Shown one piece after another: positions 32,343 through 41,644 of a stretch of DNA of 64,000 nt; positions within the stretch are counted from its first letter, which is position 1, and every line of letters begins with the position of its first letter. The notes beneath the pieces were generated by a model. That model saw only the letters and a program-made list of their open reading frames with translations, was not told the DNA's origin and did not search any database. Source of the stretch: a bacterium (GTDB taxonomy: Bacteria > Zhuqueibacterota > Zhuqueibacteria > Residuimicrobiales > Krinioviventaceae); assembly GCA_963693055.1 (NCBI GenBank), contig OY843751.1, positions 2,432,001 through 2,496,000 of the forward strand, written 5' to 3'. The position numbers were made by a program, and so were the translations under genes.

Positions 32343-34433
32343 ATGATGAAACACTTGGCTATTGTTCTTGTACTATTAAGCATGTGTGCTTTCAGTACAG
32401 CAGTATTCGCCGATTATATGATTATGGATGGCGATAGCTCAGATTGGGCTATGGATCCAATTCAAATCGTTGGCGAAGACAATGTAGACGGTTTGTTCCC
32501 GGCAGAAGTCGGTGCAGCAATCACGGATAATGTTGATGTTAAACATGTTCGTGCAAAAATCGTTGACAACGTTGCTTATACTTTTATTCGTTTTCAAGGC
32601 GGCCCGGCTTGGCCAAATGAAGCTGACAAAGGCGAATACGAAGGTGTACCAGTGCAACGTTCACGTGGTTATTATCATCTAATGTTGGACCTTGATAATG
32701 ATCCTTCAACCGGTTGGAATTCCGGTTACTATGAAGCTCATTATACCCCGGTTGGTTATCTTGAAAGCCAGGGCGTTGAAGGTCAGGAACATATTGGTGC
32801 TGAAGCTGTTATTGGTACAGGTTTCTACACATACCGCAGTGCTCCAGATCCGGACAGTGCTGGTATTAAAAACTCTGGTATCAAATCTGTTAGCTATTTT
32901 GCAGCTGATGTTTCTGAATATGATGCAGTTTCAGATGGTGGAACTGATTATGAAATTTTCGATACTGAAGTCAATGATCCCGACTCTGCTAAATCATTTC
33001 AGTGGAGTGGTGCATTACAGATCGGAAGTAGTGATCTTGAAGGTCTTGCAGAAGACAAATACTACCATATGGCCCATGCATGGGGCGAAGACTGGATCGA
33101 GTTTGCAATGGAATTGACTCCATTGAAACATTGGTTTGCAAGCAAAGGCAAGAGTTATTTCCAGGAAGGTGATGTTATTGGTATCACTGCAATGATTGAA
33201 ACTCCTGCTGATGATTGGGGTACTGACATTCCAACACGTGGCGAAATGGTTTGTCCTGCAATGCCTATGCGTCCAAATGCTATTAATTTTGATGGTGACG
33301 AATCTGATTGGGCAGGTATGCAACCAATCATTACTGCTATTGACAATGTTGATGGTCTGTATCCTGCTGATGTTGGTGCAGCTGTTACTGATAATGTTGA
33401 TATCAAAGAAGTTAAAGCTTTTTATCAGACTGATACAGAAGTTTTGTATTGGAATCTGAAAATGTGGGGCGGTCCTGTATGGCCCAACGAAGCTGATAAA
33501 GGCGACTATGAAGGTGTTCCAGTTCAGCGTTCACGTGGTTATTACCATGTATTATTGGATTTTGACAATGATCCTACTACTGGTTGGAATTCTCATTACT
33601 ATGAAGGTCACTATACTCCGGTTGGTTACCTTGCAAGCCAGGGTGCTGAAAATACTGATCCTATCGGAACTGAACTTTGGGTAGAATTTGGTGCACGTAC
33701 CTATAAATCAGCTCCAGATCCAGACAGTGCTGGAATCAAAAATTCTGGTGTTGCTGCAGTTAACTGGTGGTTGGCTGATTGGTCACAGTATGTTGGTGAA
33801 AATGATGGTGGTACCACCTGGGAATTCACTGATGCTGATGTAACTGATCCTGATTCTGCTGCTGCAATGAAATTTGATGCTTACCTTGCAAATGGCGGTG
33901 ATTTTGAAACAGGTAAAGTATTCTGGAATGCACATGCTTGGGGCGATGACTTTTTAGAAGTTGGTACAAGCATGACTATTGCTAAAATGTGGTGGATGGA
34001 ACAATATAACCAGGAAATATTGAAACCTGGTGATGTTGTTGGTATTGCTGGTTTTAATGAAACTCCTGCTGATGACTGGGGTTGTGATATGACTGCACGT
34101 GGCGAAATTGTAATTGCTGAAGCTACAGGCATTGCTGACGGTGCTGCAGTTGTTGAAGGTTACAAATTGAGTGACAACTATCCAAACCCATTCAACCCAA
34201 CAACTTCTATTAGCTACACTGTTCCACAATCTGCTGACGTAAGTATTGAAATTTTTAATACATTAGGTCAAAAAATCCGTACTTTGGTAGATGGCAAAAT
34301 GGCTGCTGGTGAACATACTGTTAATTGGAATGGTATGAACGATGCTGGCCAATCTGTATCCAGTGGTATCTATTTCTACCGCATGGTTTCAGATCAAATG
34401 ACTGTTACCAAAAATATGGTTCTCTTGAAATAA
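32343..34433 (+). CDS. Secreted protein with two tandem ~285-aa domains and FlgD/T9SS-type CTD
   Basis: Strong RBS TAAGGAGG; signal peptide; internal duplication (DGD.SDW...WPNEADKG.YEGVPVQRSRGYYH...SAPDPDSAGIKNSG...ETPADDWG twice); NYPNPFNPTT...KNMVLLK. Confidence 0.85.
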   Translation: MMKHLAIVLVLLSMCAFSTAVFADYMIMDGDSSDWAMDPIQIVGEDNVDGLFPAEVGAAITDNVDVKHVRAKIVDNVAYTFIRFQGGPAWPNEADKGEYEGVPVQRSRGYYHLMLDLDNDPSTGWNSGYYEAHYTPVGYLESQGVEGQEHIGAEAVIGTGFYTYRSAPDPDSAGIKNSGIKSVSYFAADVSEYDAVSDGGTDYEIFDTEVNDPDSAKSFQWSGALQIGSSDLEGLAEDKYYHMAHAWGEDWIEFAMELTPLKHWFASKGKSYFQEGDVIGITAMIETPADDWGTDIPTRGEMVCPAMPMRPNAINFDGDESDWAGMQPIITAIDNVDGLYPADVGAAVTDNVDIKEVKAFYQTDTEVLYWNLKMWGGPVWPNEADKGDYEGVPVQRSRGYYHVLLDFDNDPTTGWNSHYYEGHYTPVGYLASQGAENTDPIGTELWVEFGARTYKSAPDPDSAGIKNSGVAAVNWWLADWSQYVGENDGGTTWEFTDADVTDPDSAAAMKFDAYLANGGDFETGKVFWNAHAWGDDFLEVGTSMTIAKMWWMEQYNQEILKPGDVVGIAGFNETPADDWGCDMTARGEIVIAEATGIADGAAVVEGYKLSDNYPNPFNPTTSISYTVPQSADVSIEIFNTLGQKIRTLVDGKMAAGEHTVNWNGMNDAGQSVSSGIYFYRMVSDQMTVTKNMVLLK
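32424..34110 (+). repeat. Intragenic tandem duplication, two units of about 860 bp (approx. 32424-33250 and 33288-34110)
   Basis: Near-identical DNA blocks, e.g. tggccaaatgaagctgacaaaggcgaatacgaaggtgtaccagtgcaacgttcacgtggttattatcat vs tggcccaacgaagctgataaaggcgactatgaaggtgttccagttcagcgttcacgtggttattaccat. Confidence 0.85.
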
Positions 34434-34453
34434 TCATTTTTTCTGATTATATT

Positions 34454-34490
34454 AGATGGGATTGTCATTCCGACAGTCCCATCTTTTTTT
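34454..34490 (+). terminator. Rho-independent terminator
   Basis: AGATGGGATTGTC-attcc-GACAGTCCCATCT stem (one G-U pair) followed by a T run. Confidence 0.85.
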
Positions 34491-34511
34491 ATGTAAAACA
34501 GGATAGGTGAA

Positions 34512-35921
34512 ATGCTCAAATTGAAACTTTTTTTATTGTTGTCTTTTTCTATTTTAATCTTTTCTTGTTCAGAAAATACCTCAACCAATATTGCAATCTT
34601 TGATGGTGGTTCAATTACAATTGATGATTATGTAAATCACTTTCTTGAAAGCACCCGTTATAAACCCAATTTTGTTCCTAATGAACAAAATCTTGAGGAT
34701 ATTGTTCACAAATTAGCTATTACAAAATTATCAGTAGCAGAAGGATTTGCTACCCAGATAGATTCTGATACTGCTTTTATTGAACTTTACAATAAAAACA
34801 ATAGCAGAATACTGTTTCATGAATATATGAGAAAAATGATCATAGATTCTGTTATTACAGACAGTCTTATTCAAAAATATTATGCAGAATTTTCACCTCA
34901 ATATCATATGTATTATATTATGCGACCGGTACCCAAAACTTCAACTCGTGAGTTTGACCGATCTCAAAAAAAAGTAATTGAACAAGTTTATTCCAAACTT
35001 GAAAAAGGGGAGGATTTCCACAAGCTTGCTGAAACTTTTTCTCAGGATATAACTACCAATAAAAAGGGCGGAGATTTAGGTTGGATTATTCGTGAATCCT
35101 TGGGTGATAAAGTTTTACGTGCTGTTATGGATACTTTAAAACAGGGACATTATTCCGCTCCTGTCAAAGGTTATGAAGGCTGGTATGTTGTATTTAAAGG
35201 AGAAATTCGGAATGTACCTGTCCCATCCTTTCAAGATGCAGAAAATAAAATATGGAAAAGTTTGTACAATTCCCGAAAGCATGTAATGCAGGAAATTCTT
35301 GACGAGAAATTTAGCAGTGTTAAAGATAAATATGAGCTTGAAATACATTATGATAATATAAATAAAATTGTAAAAACAACGGGCTCAGATACAACAATGC
35401 CCTATAAATTTATGGACTTTTCCCATTTCCCACCTGAAAATTTTGAGCTGGTTTTAGCCACTTTTAAAGGTGGACACATTGTTGCAGGTGAAGTTATACG
35501 AAGCATTAAAAAATCTCCGGATAATTATAAAGAATTTCAAAAACGTTTTAAATCTTTATGTGAACAACATATTATGGCAGAATTTTCCAAAACTTTGGGT
35601 TTTGAACAAGACCCTAAAGTTGTTCAAGAGAGTGATAATTATAAACAATTATTGATGAAAAATTTGGTATACCAAAAAAATGTTCGTGATAAAGCCATTG
35701 CCAAAGTTGATGAACTAAAGACAGAACTTGAAAAATCGACAAATCCGGCAGATTTATCTAAAGTGCTTAGTGCGCACCAGGTACGTTTTGAAAATGAGTT
35801 GAATAAAGAATTTGAAGAACATTTATTTAATAAATATAATTTACAAATAGTGAAAAGTAATATCCCACGTGCTTTAAAAATTGCTGAAAAAATGAAAAAG
35901 GAACAAGAAGAGAAAAAGTAA
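34512..35921 (+). CDS. PpiC-type peptidyl-prolyl isomerase lipoprotein (PrsA/SurA-like)
   Basis: Lipobox IFSC; LEKGEDFHKLAETFSQD...KGGDLGWI...YSAPVKGYEGWYVV rotamase motif. Confidence 0.85.
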   Translation: MLKLKLFLLLSFSILIFSCSENTSTNIAIFDGGSITIDDYVNHFLESTRYKPNFVPNEQNLEDIVHKLAITKLSVAEGFATQIDSDTAFIELYNKNNSRILFHEYMRKMIIDSVITDSLIQKYYAEFSPQYHMYYIMRPVPKTSTREFDRSQKKVIEQVYSKLEKGEDFHKLAETFSQDITTNKKGGDLGWIIRESLGDKVLRAVMDTLKQGHYSAPVKGYEGWYVVFKGEIRNVPVPSFQDAENKIWKSLYNSRKHVMQEILDEKFSSVKDKYELEIHYDNINKIVKTTGSDTTMPYKFMDFSHFPPENFELVLATFKGGHIVAGEVIRSIKKSPDNYKEFQKRFKSLCEQHIMAEFSKTLGFEQDPKVVQESDNYKQLLMKNLVYQKNVRDKAIAKVDELKTELEKSTNPADLSKVLSAHQVRFENELNKEFEEHLFNKYNLQIVKSNIPRALKIAEKMKKEQEEKK

Positions 35922-35962
35922 TTGATGTTTAAAAAATTATAATAAATTATATTGGGGGAATT

Positions 35963-38900
35963 ATGAAAAAGTTAATTGCTTTTGTTATTATATATTTTGT
36001 ATCAAGCTTATCTCTGGCTTTGGGAAAGCCAGAGATTCAAAATATCGCTCAAAATTTTTTAGATAACTCTTTCATTCATAAATCTCTTGATCAAACACAT
36101 ATCAATATCAGCTCAATCGAAACGTTAACTGATTTTACAGTCCCTGTTTACATTGTTCATTTGTCTCCTCAGGGATTTCTGGTATTTGTGGATAACCAGC
36201 ACCTTGAAAGGCCTGTCGCGTATTCTGTGAATTCAAACTGGGAGCCGGATTCACAGAATCCATTTAGAGCTTTTCTGAAAAATGATCTACAGTATTTCTA
36301 TACTACTAATTTAAATCCTGTTGAAACATCACCTGATAATAATAACCATGTGAATGATCTGGAATCCTGGCCACCTCTGGGTTCTACATCCACTGGAGGG
36401 TGGATAGAGACCACATGGCACCAGAAAAATCCATATAATCAGTTTTGCCCAATAGATACCTATACTAATAAAAGATCTATTACAGGGTGTGTGGCAACTG
36501 CAATGGCACAGATTGTACAATATCATCGTTTTATTGGTGATTTTCAATTTTCTCAGGTAGACCGATATATTACCGGTTATAGAAAAATGCGTATTGATCA
36601 GGATAGTGAAATCCTGGATTTTAAAGGTTTTTCAACTTTGAATACGTTTCTCAATGAGATTCAATCCTGTTATGAAACCGGTGTTGATTTGACTAGTGAT
36701 CAAATTGCTGCTTTGAATTTTGTTTGTGGAATTCTTGTTCATATGGATTTTACTTCAGATGTGTCAGGTGCTGCACTTGCTGACGTAGATTCTGCTCTAA
36801 TAAATAAATTCGACTATTCTTCTGCAATTTTTTCCAGGTATTCAGATGTGCGCTTTTATGACCAGTTAATTGAACACATGATGAATGCGTTGCCTGTACC
36901 CATAAGTTTGGGGGCTCATATTGCAGTTGTTGATGGATATAATACAGATGGTTTTTTTCATATGAATTTTGGATGGGGTTCCGGTACACCTACACAAATT
37001 CAACAATGCTGGTATCTGTTACCAGACGGTATGCCATATCAATATGATAAAATCTATTCTGCTGTATTTAATATTAAACCTTCTTTTGCAGCAAATTCTA
37101 CATTATCAGTAAGTGATAGCCTCTTGTATTTTGATACAACCTTGTTAAATACTGAATCTAATGTGATGAATTTTAATATTATAAATTCAGGTGATGAAAT
37201 AGTTAAAATTGATAAAATTACTTCTTCTGATTATTTTCAGATCAGTTTAGATTCTAATACTTTTTCTACCTTAATTAGCGAGTTTTCTATTCCTCCATTA
37301 CAAAATATAGAATTATATGTACGTTGCATACCAGATAGCTTTGGTATTTTTGAGGGGAAAATTGAAATATTATCAACAGAAAATAGTTTAAATCGATATA
37401 AAACAGTTGATCTTGCTTGCTATGGAGTACCAGACAATCGAAATGTGATTTATACAGGAAACATAAATGGTGTATGGGAAAAGGACTCGCATCAATATAT
37501 TATTGGTGATCTTGACATAATTCCCGGAGATTCATTGATTATTGAACCTGGAGTTAAAGTTGAGTTTCAAGGTCCATATAAGATAAATGTTAGTTCAGAT
37601 GCAAAGATTATTGCAAGAGGAACCGAATTTGATCCCATTAATTTTTTTTCAGAGAATGAACAAATAGGATGGAAAGGTATAAATTTACTTTCTTCGGCTG
37701 ACGATGATAGTTTTTCTTTTTGTGATTTTCAATTTTCAAAGAACAAAGATGATAATGGGGGAGCTGTATACCTTGATTCTTCAAATACTTTTTTCAGCAA
37801 TTGTAATTTTTCAAATAATACTGCTGAAAATGGTGGTGCATTTTATTGCAGTTATTCTAAACCTGAATTTTATCAGTGTTCATTTATTAACAATACAGCC
37901 AAATTAGGTGGAGCCATTTATTCTGAATTTTCAAATATTAATATTCATCAAACATTAATTTGTGATAATTCAGTTACAATTAATGGTGGTGGAATATTTT
38001 CTTATGAATCGGATTTATCTTTAGTAAATGTTACCATTTCTCACAATAATGCTGGTCAAAGAGGTGGTGGATTAACTATAGATGGTGGAGAAAAAATATT
38101 TATAAATAATACTATTTTATTTAGTAACAATGCTTCAGATTTGGGGCATAATCTTTATCTCCTAGATAATCATTGGAATAGCACTGTTATTGAATTTGGA
38201 TTTAGCAATATTGACAGGCATTCTGAATCTTCATTTTATGAATATACTTATTATAATAATATTATTATAAAATGGAATTATGGTAATATTGATGTTGAAC
38301 CATTATTTGTTGATCCTGAAAATTATAATTTTCATTTGCAATCAATTTCACAATGTATTGATGCTGGTGATCCTTCAATTGATGTTGGAGAAGAGCCATT
38401 TCCTCACGGGTATTGTACGAATCTAGGTGCTTATGGGGGAACAGATCAAGCAACAACAACTGATTCACCTAGACTTGCTGTTAATCCCTTTCCAGCCTTG
38501 TTTGATAACGTTAAAATTGATTCCTTGAATTTTTTAAAAGTCTATTTAAAAAATGGTTGTAATGAAAATCTTGTTATAAATAATATTTCTAACAATAATA
38601 CAGATATTTATTCACTTTCTTTACCTCAGGAATATATTGATAATGGAAAATTAATAATTCAATCAGGCAGCATTGATAGCTTGATTTTAACATTAGATTT
38701 ATCTGATTCGACTTTAATATCAGTTGATGATTCTGTTTTTATTCAGCTCGAAAATGCGCCTAATGTATCTGTTCCTGTATTCTGCAATTCTTTTCTAGCT
38801 ACAACAATAGATAGTGGTCAAGTTTCCGGTGTTTGGACTCTTGAAAATAGCCCTTATATAATTAACGATTACATATTTGTTAAACAAAATGATTCTTTAA

Positions 38901-41518
38901 AAATTGAACCTGGTGTAACTGTTTATTTTTCCAGCAAGGCTTCTTTTCATGTTTTACAAAATTCCAAATTGATTGCAAATGGGACAACCGGATTGCCCAT
39001 TACTTTTACTGCTTTAGATAGTTCATTAGGTTGGAACGGTTTGTGTTTCCGTAATAGTGATTGTGATGATAGTCTGACATTTTGTAATATTTCTAATATA
39101 AGATGGGATTATGCAGATATATCTCAATTTTATTATAGACATGGTGCAATGTCTATTCTTAATTCAAAGCCCTTTATATCGCATTGTAATTTTTTTAAAA
39201 ACAAGTCAGATTTTTTTGGTCTTATTTATATTGATCAGGATTCATTTTCATTTAATTATTGTCGCATTTATGACAATTTTTCTTCTTCTCAATTATTTAC
39301 CAATATGCATTCTACATTATTATTTAATCATGTTTTAATCTACAATAATTCTATTAAAATGGTTTTTTATGATCAAACGGGTAATTTTCTGCTAAATAAT
39401 TGTGTAATAACAAAAAACTTTGGTGAGGGTTCATTTAACAATTCATCACAAACATTGAATTATAATTCAATTGTAATCAAAAATTCTATCATTTGGAATA
39501 ATATTGAATTGCCTATTATTAATCCAGGTAATCGTGATACGGTTTTAGTAGAATATTCTTGTGTTGATACCAGTTTTTCTGATTGGATTCTTATTCCTGT
39601 TCAATATCATTCGGATAGCCGAAACATAGTATGGGGAAAAGGTAATGTTTTCACTGATCCTTTATTTATTGATCCTGAATACAATGATTTTCGGTTACAA
39701 CAAGCATCACCAGGTATTGATGGAGGAGACCCGGCGGATGATCATGGAGATGAACCTTTTCCTCATGGCTACAGAATAAATATGGGGTTTTGGGGGGGGA
39801 CAGACTATGCAGCCAATACTCAAGGTCCTTTTCTTACTGCTGCTCCAGACCCAATACATTTTAATCGAGTTGATCCTTCTTATGAACACCAGAAAAATCT
39901 ATATTTGAAAAATGGCAGCGAGTATGATATACAAATCACTGATCTGGCACTTTTAGATACAACTTTTTTTCGATTAACTGATGATTGGGGTAGTACGGAT
40001 TTTTCAACAAATTTCACTTTACATTCCGGTGATATTGATAGTTTTTCTGTAATTTTTAATTCTATGGATGAATCTGAATTTAGTTGTTCAAGTGAAATTT
40101 ATCTTAGTTCCGTTGAATGTGGTAATGATACAGTAGATCTTTTGGCAGAAACTTTGTTTGGTAGTAAAATCTCTAATAAATATGTTTCTGGTATTTGGAC
40201 CCAGGACAATTCTCCATATAATATATTAACAGATATTGAAATACCAGATAGCTCGAAATTGGTAATAGAACCCGGAGTAATAGTCAAGTTTTTAGGACCA
40301 TTTTCACTGACAATAAATAAAGAATCTCAACTTTTAGCCAAAGGCATACCTGATAATAAAATTGTTTTTTTACAAACTGATTCACTGATTCAAAAAAATT
40401 GCTTTAAATTTTTAAACAGTGGTGTTGATGATACACTTGAATATTGCACTTTTAAAAAATTTGCATATAATGCTCCACAATACAATGCTCTATTTTATTT
40501 ATATCAAACCGGTACCGTTTTTAAAAATGTAGATTTTATTAAAAATTACAGCAATACTTCAAATGGATTGATTTGTTGTGATAAATCTGATGCCATTTTT
40601 TTAAATTGCAAGTTTATTGATAACAAATCAGAACTCAAAGGTATTATCTATGCTAATAGTGCAAATATTTTGCTGAAAAATACTCTATTTAATAATAATT
40701 ATTGTTATGAAACCGGTGGTGTAGCCTATTCAAATAATTCTAATTTCGATTTTATAAATTGTACAATATATAACAATGGCGCCAAAGGGTTGGGGGGAGT
40801 TGTGCATTGTAATTTAAAGAATAGTTTAAATTTCCAAAATTCAATTATTTGGAATAATTATGCTTCAAAAGGATCCTTTGTCTATTCTAATGCCACGACA
40901 GAACTGAATACAAATTTTTGTTGTATCGATTCAAGTGCAAAACTTGTAGACGCCATAGGTAGCAATTGGGGGCAATTGAATTGGGGAGAGGGTAATATAT
41001 ATTGTGATCCACTATTTACCAATGCAGAAAATAATGACTTTGTTTTATCTAATACCTCTCCATGTATTGATGCAGGTGATCCGGATTTATTGAGTAATGA
41101 TCTTGAGGATCCATCTACTGATGGTATGGCCCTTTGGCCAGCCATGGGTACCATTCGCAACGATATTGGAATGTATGGAGGGAATCCTAAAGCTTATATT
41201 GCAACGGATATTTCTATAGACGATTTTTCTGTTCCGGTGAAATTTGTTTTAATGCAAAACTATCCCAATCCGTTTAATGGGCATACAGTAATTGAATTTC
41301 ATTTACCCAAATCCGGTGACCTGCGTATCGAAATCTTTAATACGCTTGGTCAAAAAGTTACCACATTGGCAGATACTCGTTATGATATCGGTATTCACAA
41401 ATTAACCTGGGATGGTACAAATGATAACGGTGTTATGGTTTCGTCGGGTATATATCTATACAGGGTAGTCCTGGATGATAATCAATCCATTATAAAACGA
41501 TTAGTGTTTTTAAAATAG
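35963..41518 (+). CDS. Giant C10 (streptopain-family) cysteine protease with three Ig-like + beta-helix modules and FlgD/T9SS-type CTD
   Basis: Prodomain VYIVHL..GF..AYS; TTWHQKNPYNQFCP; TGCVATAMAQI (Cys); HIAVVDGY (His); FHMNFGWG; three repeats of GxW...IEPGV.V.F...P(L)F.....F.L...S..ID(A/G)GDP; YPNPFN...KRLVFLK. Confidence 0.88.
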   Translation: MKKLIAFVIIYFVSSLSLALGKPEIQNIAQNFLDNSFIHKSLDQTHINISSIETLTDFTVPVYIVHLSPQGFLVFVDNQHLERPVAYSVNSNWEPDSQNPFRAFLKNDLQYFYTTNLNPVETSPDNNNHVNDLESWPPLGSTSTGGWIETTWHQKNPYNQFCPIDTYTNKRSITGCVATAMAQIVQYHRFIGDFQFSQVDRYITGYRKMRIDQDSEILDFKGFSTLNTFLNEIQSCYETGVDLTSDQIAALNFVCGILVHMDFTSDVSGAALADVDSALINKFDYSSAIFSRYSDVRFYDQLIEHMMNALPVPISLGAHIAVVDGYNTDGFFHMNFGWGSGTPTQIQQCWYLLPDGMPYQYDKIYSAVFNIKPSFAANSTLSVSDSLLYFDTTLLNTESNVMNFNIINSGDEIVKIDKITSSDYFQISLDSNTFSTLISEFSIPPLQNIELYVRCIPDSFGIFEGKIEILSTENSLNRYKTVDLACYGVPDNRNVIYTGNINGVWEKDSHQYIIGDLDIIPGDSLIIEPGVKVEFQGPYKINVSSDAKIIARGTEFDPINFFSENEQIGWKGINLLSSADDDSFSFCDFQFSKNKDDNGGAVYLDSSNTFFSNCNFSNNTAENGGAFYCSYSKPEFYQCSFINNTAKLGGAIYSEFSNINIHQTLICDNSVTINGGGIFSYESDLSLVNVTISHNNAGQRGGGLTIDGGEKIFINNTILFSNNASDLGHNLYLLDNHWNSTVIEFGFSNIDRHSESSFYEYTYYNNIIIKWNYGNIDVEPLFVDPENYNFHLQSISQCIDAGDPSIDVGEEPFPHGYCTNLGAYGGTDQATTTDSPRLAVNPFPALFDNVKIDSLNFLKVYLKNGCNENLVINNISNNNTDIYSLSLPQEYIDNGKLIIQSGSIDSLILTLDLSDSTLISVDDSVFIQLENAPNVSVPVFCNSFLATTIDSGQVSGVWTLENSPYIINDYIFVKQNDSLKIEPGVTVYFSSKASFHVLQNSKLIANGTTGLPITFTALDSSLGWNGLCFRNSDCDDSLTFCNISNIRWDYADISQFYYRHGAMSILNSKPFISHCNFFKNKSDFFGLIYIDQDSFSFNYCRIYDNFSSSQLFTNMHSTLLFNHVLIYNNSIKMVFYDQTGNFLLNNCVITKNFGEGSFNNSSQTLNYNSIVIKNSIIWNNIELPIINPGNRDTVLVEYSCVDTSFSDWILIPVQYHSDSRNIVWGKGNVFTDPLFIDPEYNDFRLQQASPGIDGGDPADDHGDEPFPHGYRINMGFWGGTDYAANTQGPFLTAAPDPIHFNRVDPSYEHQKNLYLKNGSEYDIQITDLALLDTTFFRLTDDWGSTDFSTNFTLHSGDIDSFSVIFNSMDESEFSCSSEIYLSSVECGNDTVDLLAETLFGSKISNKYVSGIWTQDNSPYNILTDIEIPDSSKLVIEPGVIVKFLGPFSLTINKESQLLAKGIPDNKIVFLQTDSLIQKNCFKFLNSGVDDTLEYCTFKKFAYNAPQYNALFYLYQTGTVFKNVDFIKNYSNTSNGLICCDKSDAIFLNCKFIDNKSELKGIIYANSANILLKNTLFNNNYCYETGGVAYSNNSNFDFINCTIYNNGAKGLGGVVHCNLKNSLNFQNSIIWNNYASKGSFVYSNATTELNTNFCCIDSSAKLVDAIGSNWGQLNWGEGNIYCDPLFTNAENNDFVLSNTSPCIDAGDPDLLSNDLEDPSTDGMALWPAMGTIRNDIGMYGGNPKAYIATDISIDDFSVPVKFVLMQNYPNPFNGHTVIEFHLPKSGDLRIEIFNTLGQKVTTLADTRYDIGIHKLTWDGTNDNGVMVSSGIYLYRVVLDDNQSIIKRLVFLK

Positions 41519-41644
41519 GTTGATAATTATATAGATTTTAACTAGTTTTTAAAAATAATAATCAATATTGGGGGTGTAATTCCAGTTTAAATTCGGAATT
41601 ATTCACTCTTGCAATTCAAATTCTAAAACTCGAGGGGTGTGATT

